Assembly: GCA_002189035.1 (NCBI GenBank)
Contig: NEEC01000016.1
Location: 2,480,001-2,544,000 of the forward strand
Reading direction: 5' to 3'
Length of the DNA stretch: 64,000 nt
From: Utricularia gibba
Taxonomy: Eukaryota; Plantae; Magnoliophyta
A model generated the notes under the pieces. That model did no database searches, had not been told where the DNA came from, and was given only the letters and a program-made list of their open reading frames with translations. This document shows, one piece after another, positions 61,390 to 64,000 of this stretch; the stretch's first letter is position 1, and every line of letters starts with the position of its first letter. A program made the translations under genes and the position numbers.

Positions 61390-64000
61390 CTCCCCCCAGA
61401 CCGAGATCTCCCAACTTGAGAAAGTCTTCTATAGTCATGAGATTCATGTTCTTCCTTGCTAGCTCAAACTGAACTCTGTTCAAACCTTTGGTGAGCCCAT
61501 CAGCAAGCTGATTCCCACTCTCAACATACTGCACTTTAATCTTCTTCTCCTTGATGTAATTCCTTATGACATGATACCTGATTCTTATGTGCTTGGCTTT
61601 GCTGAAGTTCGTTGGATCTTTGGCAATGGAGATTGCAGCTCGATTATCCATAAGCAGATGTGTAGCTTCCTTTTGTATGAATCCAAGTTCGTTTAGCATC
61701 TGCCTCAACCAAACACAATAGTTCGAAGCATGTGCTGCTGAGATGTATTCTGCTTCAGCTGTTGATTGTGCTACCACTTTTTGTTTCTTCGAAAACCAGA
61801 CTACAGGACTCTTATTTAAGAAGAAGAGTGCACCAGATGTGCTCTTGCTATCTTCAGCCATACCATAATCACTATCTGAGTAGGCTCCAAGTTTCAAGAC
61901 TGGTTTTTCACCTTCATAGGGATAGAACAATCCGAAATCAGTAGTAGATTTTATGTACCTGAAAGATCTTTTCACAGCTGCCATGTGAGTTGTTGTTGGT
62001 TTGTTGAGGAAGCGAGATAAGACATTTACACAAAAACACAAGTCAGGCCTTGTATGCTGGAGATAAATGAGGCTTCCAATCATACTTCTATAAGTAGTGG
62101 CATCCACATTCTTTCCCTGATTGTTCTCTCCAATCACTTGTTTGTAATCCAAAGGCGTTTTTGAAGGATTGACATCTTTGAACCCAAACCTTTCAAGAAG
62201 TTCATTACAGTACTTTTTCTGAGATATGAATGTTCCAACACCTTCAAGTTGATGAATTTCCATGCCTAGATAATAGGACATCATTCCAAGGTCAGTCATC
62301 TTGAATTCATTTTTGAGTAGAGCTTTGAATTCCTCAATCTTCCTTTCATTACCTGAGGTAATCATAAGATCATCCACATATAAGCTAATAAATAAACGAT
62401 CATCTTCTTTTCCTTTAACATATAATGAGTAATCACTATATGTTTTTCTGAAACCAATACCCTGGAGAAAGTTATCCATGCGTTCATTCCATGCTCTAGG
62501 AGCTTGCTTCAACCTATAGAGAGATTTCTTTAGCTTCAATACCTTGTCTTCATGACCTGACACTTCGAAACCCTTTGGTTGTTCAACAAAAACAACCTCC
62601 TCCAACACACCATTCAAGAACGCAGTCTTGACATCCATGTGATGCACTTTCCATCCATGAGCAGCTGAAATGGCAAGAAGTACTTTAATCGTGTCAAATC
62701 TTGCTACTGGTGCAAAAATCTCATGAAAATTTATTCCTTTGATCTGACTATATCCCTTGGCTACTAATCTAGCCTTATATTTGTTGATAGAGCCATCTGC
62801 ATTCATCTTGGTTTTGAATAACCACTTGAGGCCAATAGGTTTGAAACCCCTATCCTTGGGTTTCTCAACTAATTCCCATGTTTCATTTTCAAGTATAGAA
62901 TTCATTTCTTCCTTCATGGCCTCTCTCCATTTAGGATTTTGTACAGCCACTTCAAATGATGTTGGATCTCCTGTCAATAATACAGCCAAAATATCAGCCA
63001 CAGCATCTTGGACATCATCATTCAACTTGGAGAAACTTATTGTAGGAGCCTTGTTTCTTTTGCTTCTTCTAATGTCAGTAACATGACTATCTTCATTATC
63101 TATTGAATCTCTGATGTTTTTGCGTTTCCTCCTTTGCCCATCACGATCAGATGGGTAATAATCTTCATCATCAGTATCAGGTTCCTCTCCATTAGATTCA
63201 TCTGTTGATGAGTCTTCTACATTCGTGCCTTGCTCCTCTTCTGGGATTTCGAAATTCCCATCTGAAGGTTGATCATTGGCCTGATGAGATCGTCCATACA
63301 GGGGTTCAGAGTTTGATTCTGAATTCTTATTGGGCGAGCCATCTTGATTTGTGACCTTCTCCTCCTCTTGAGCTGGAAAATTCTCATCTGAATGCTGATC
63401 ATTTACTTGATTTGAATCTTCATGAACGAGTTCTGAAGTTTCTTGGTTTGTTGAATTGCTGGAAGAGAAGTTTTGAGGCATGTGTGTCCAGAGGTCTCCT
63501 TTCACATGGGTGCTATGCCTTTCAAGACTTTTATGAGCTTCTGAATCATTCAGAGCAATGCAATTATCAATTAAAGTATACCTTGCACCTTCATCAAAAG
63601 TGACATCATGGCTGAGGATAAATTTCTTCTGTTGAGGTAGATAAACTTTATATCCCTTGGTAGTGTTGCTATAACCAACAAATACACCAGATACATATTT
63701 CTTTTCAAGTTTTCCTCGTTTTTGGTCTGGTATATGAGTAAAACACAGACTACCAAAGATATTGAGATGATCAACCTTTTTAATATAACCATGCCATTTT
63801 TCATGGGCGGTTTTTCCACTAATCGCCCTTGAAGGAAGCAAGTTCAACAGATATACATATGTAGATACCGCTTCAGCCCAGAAACTTACAGGAAGACCTT
63901 TCTCAAACAATAGGCATCTTGACATATCAAGGATTGTTCTGTTTCTCCTTTCACATATACCATTCTGTTGTGGACGGTGAATTGATGCATGATTCCCTCA
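61340..64000 (-). CDS. Ty1/copia pol (integrase C-terminal half, linker, RT, RNase H); open for 861 aa, with a frameshift near 63972; continues off-window
   Basis: PQQNGICERRNRTILDM; FVGYS...KGYKVY; KARLVAKGYSQ; HHMDVKTAFLNG; LYVDD; YSDSDY; TAEAEY; DNRAAI; QLADGLTK. Confidence 0.95.

Overview
Repeat-dominated (pericentromeric-like) window of a flowering-plant nuclear genome. Two host genes look intact: an intronless FLA4/SOS5-type fasciclin-like arabinogalactan gene (11135-12358, minus) and a 4-exon NdhV/DUF2996 gene (57024-58389, minus). Almost everything else is nested, decayed transposons: Athila-type and other Ty3/gypsy LTRs, an Angela-type and a second Ty1/copia, two PIF/Harbinger elements, a hAT transposase, MITEs and a TRIM. 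Two things stand out. (1) A decayed multi-exon gene on the minus strand at 30216-32553 places a PF04195-like transposon ORF upstream of a coiled-coil segment and a complete plant NIF/FCP1-like HAD-phosphatase domain, among hairpin repeat arrays; a second, divergent orphan exon of the same family lies at 8542-8742, suggesting a transposon-borne phosphatase family. (2) A 1.9-kb composite at 5080-6974 is bounded by two outward-facing TRIM U5 ends with a perfect 5-bp TSD, i.e. an LTR-type integration with inverted ends. All calls come from manual reading and translation; no database searches were run, and the species cannot be determined.
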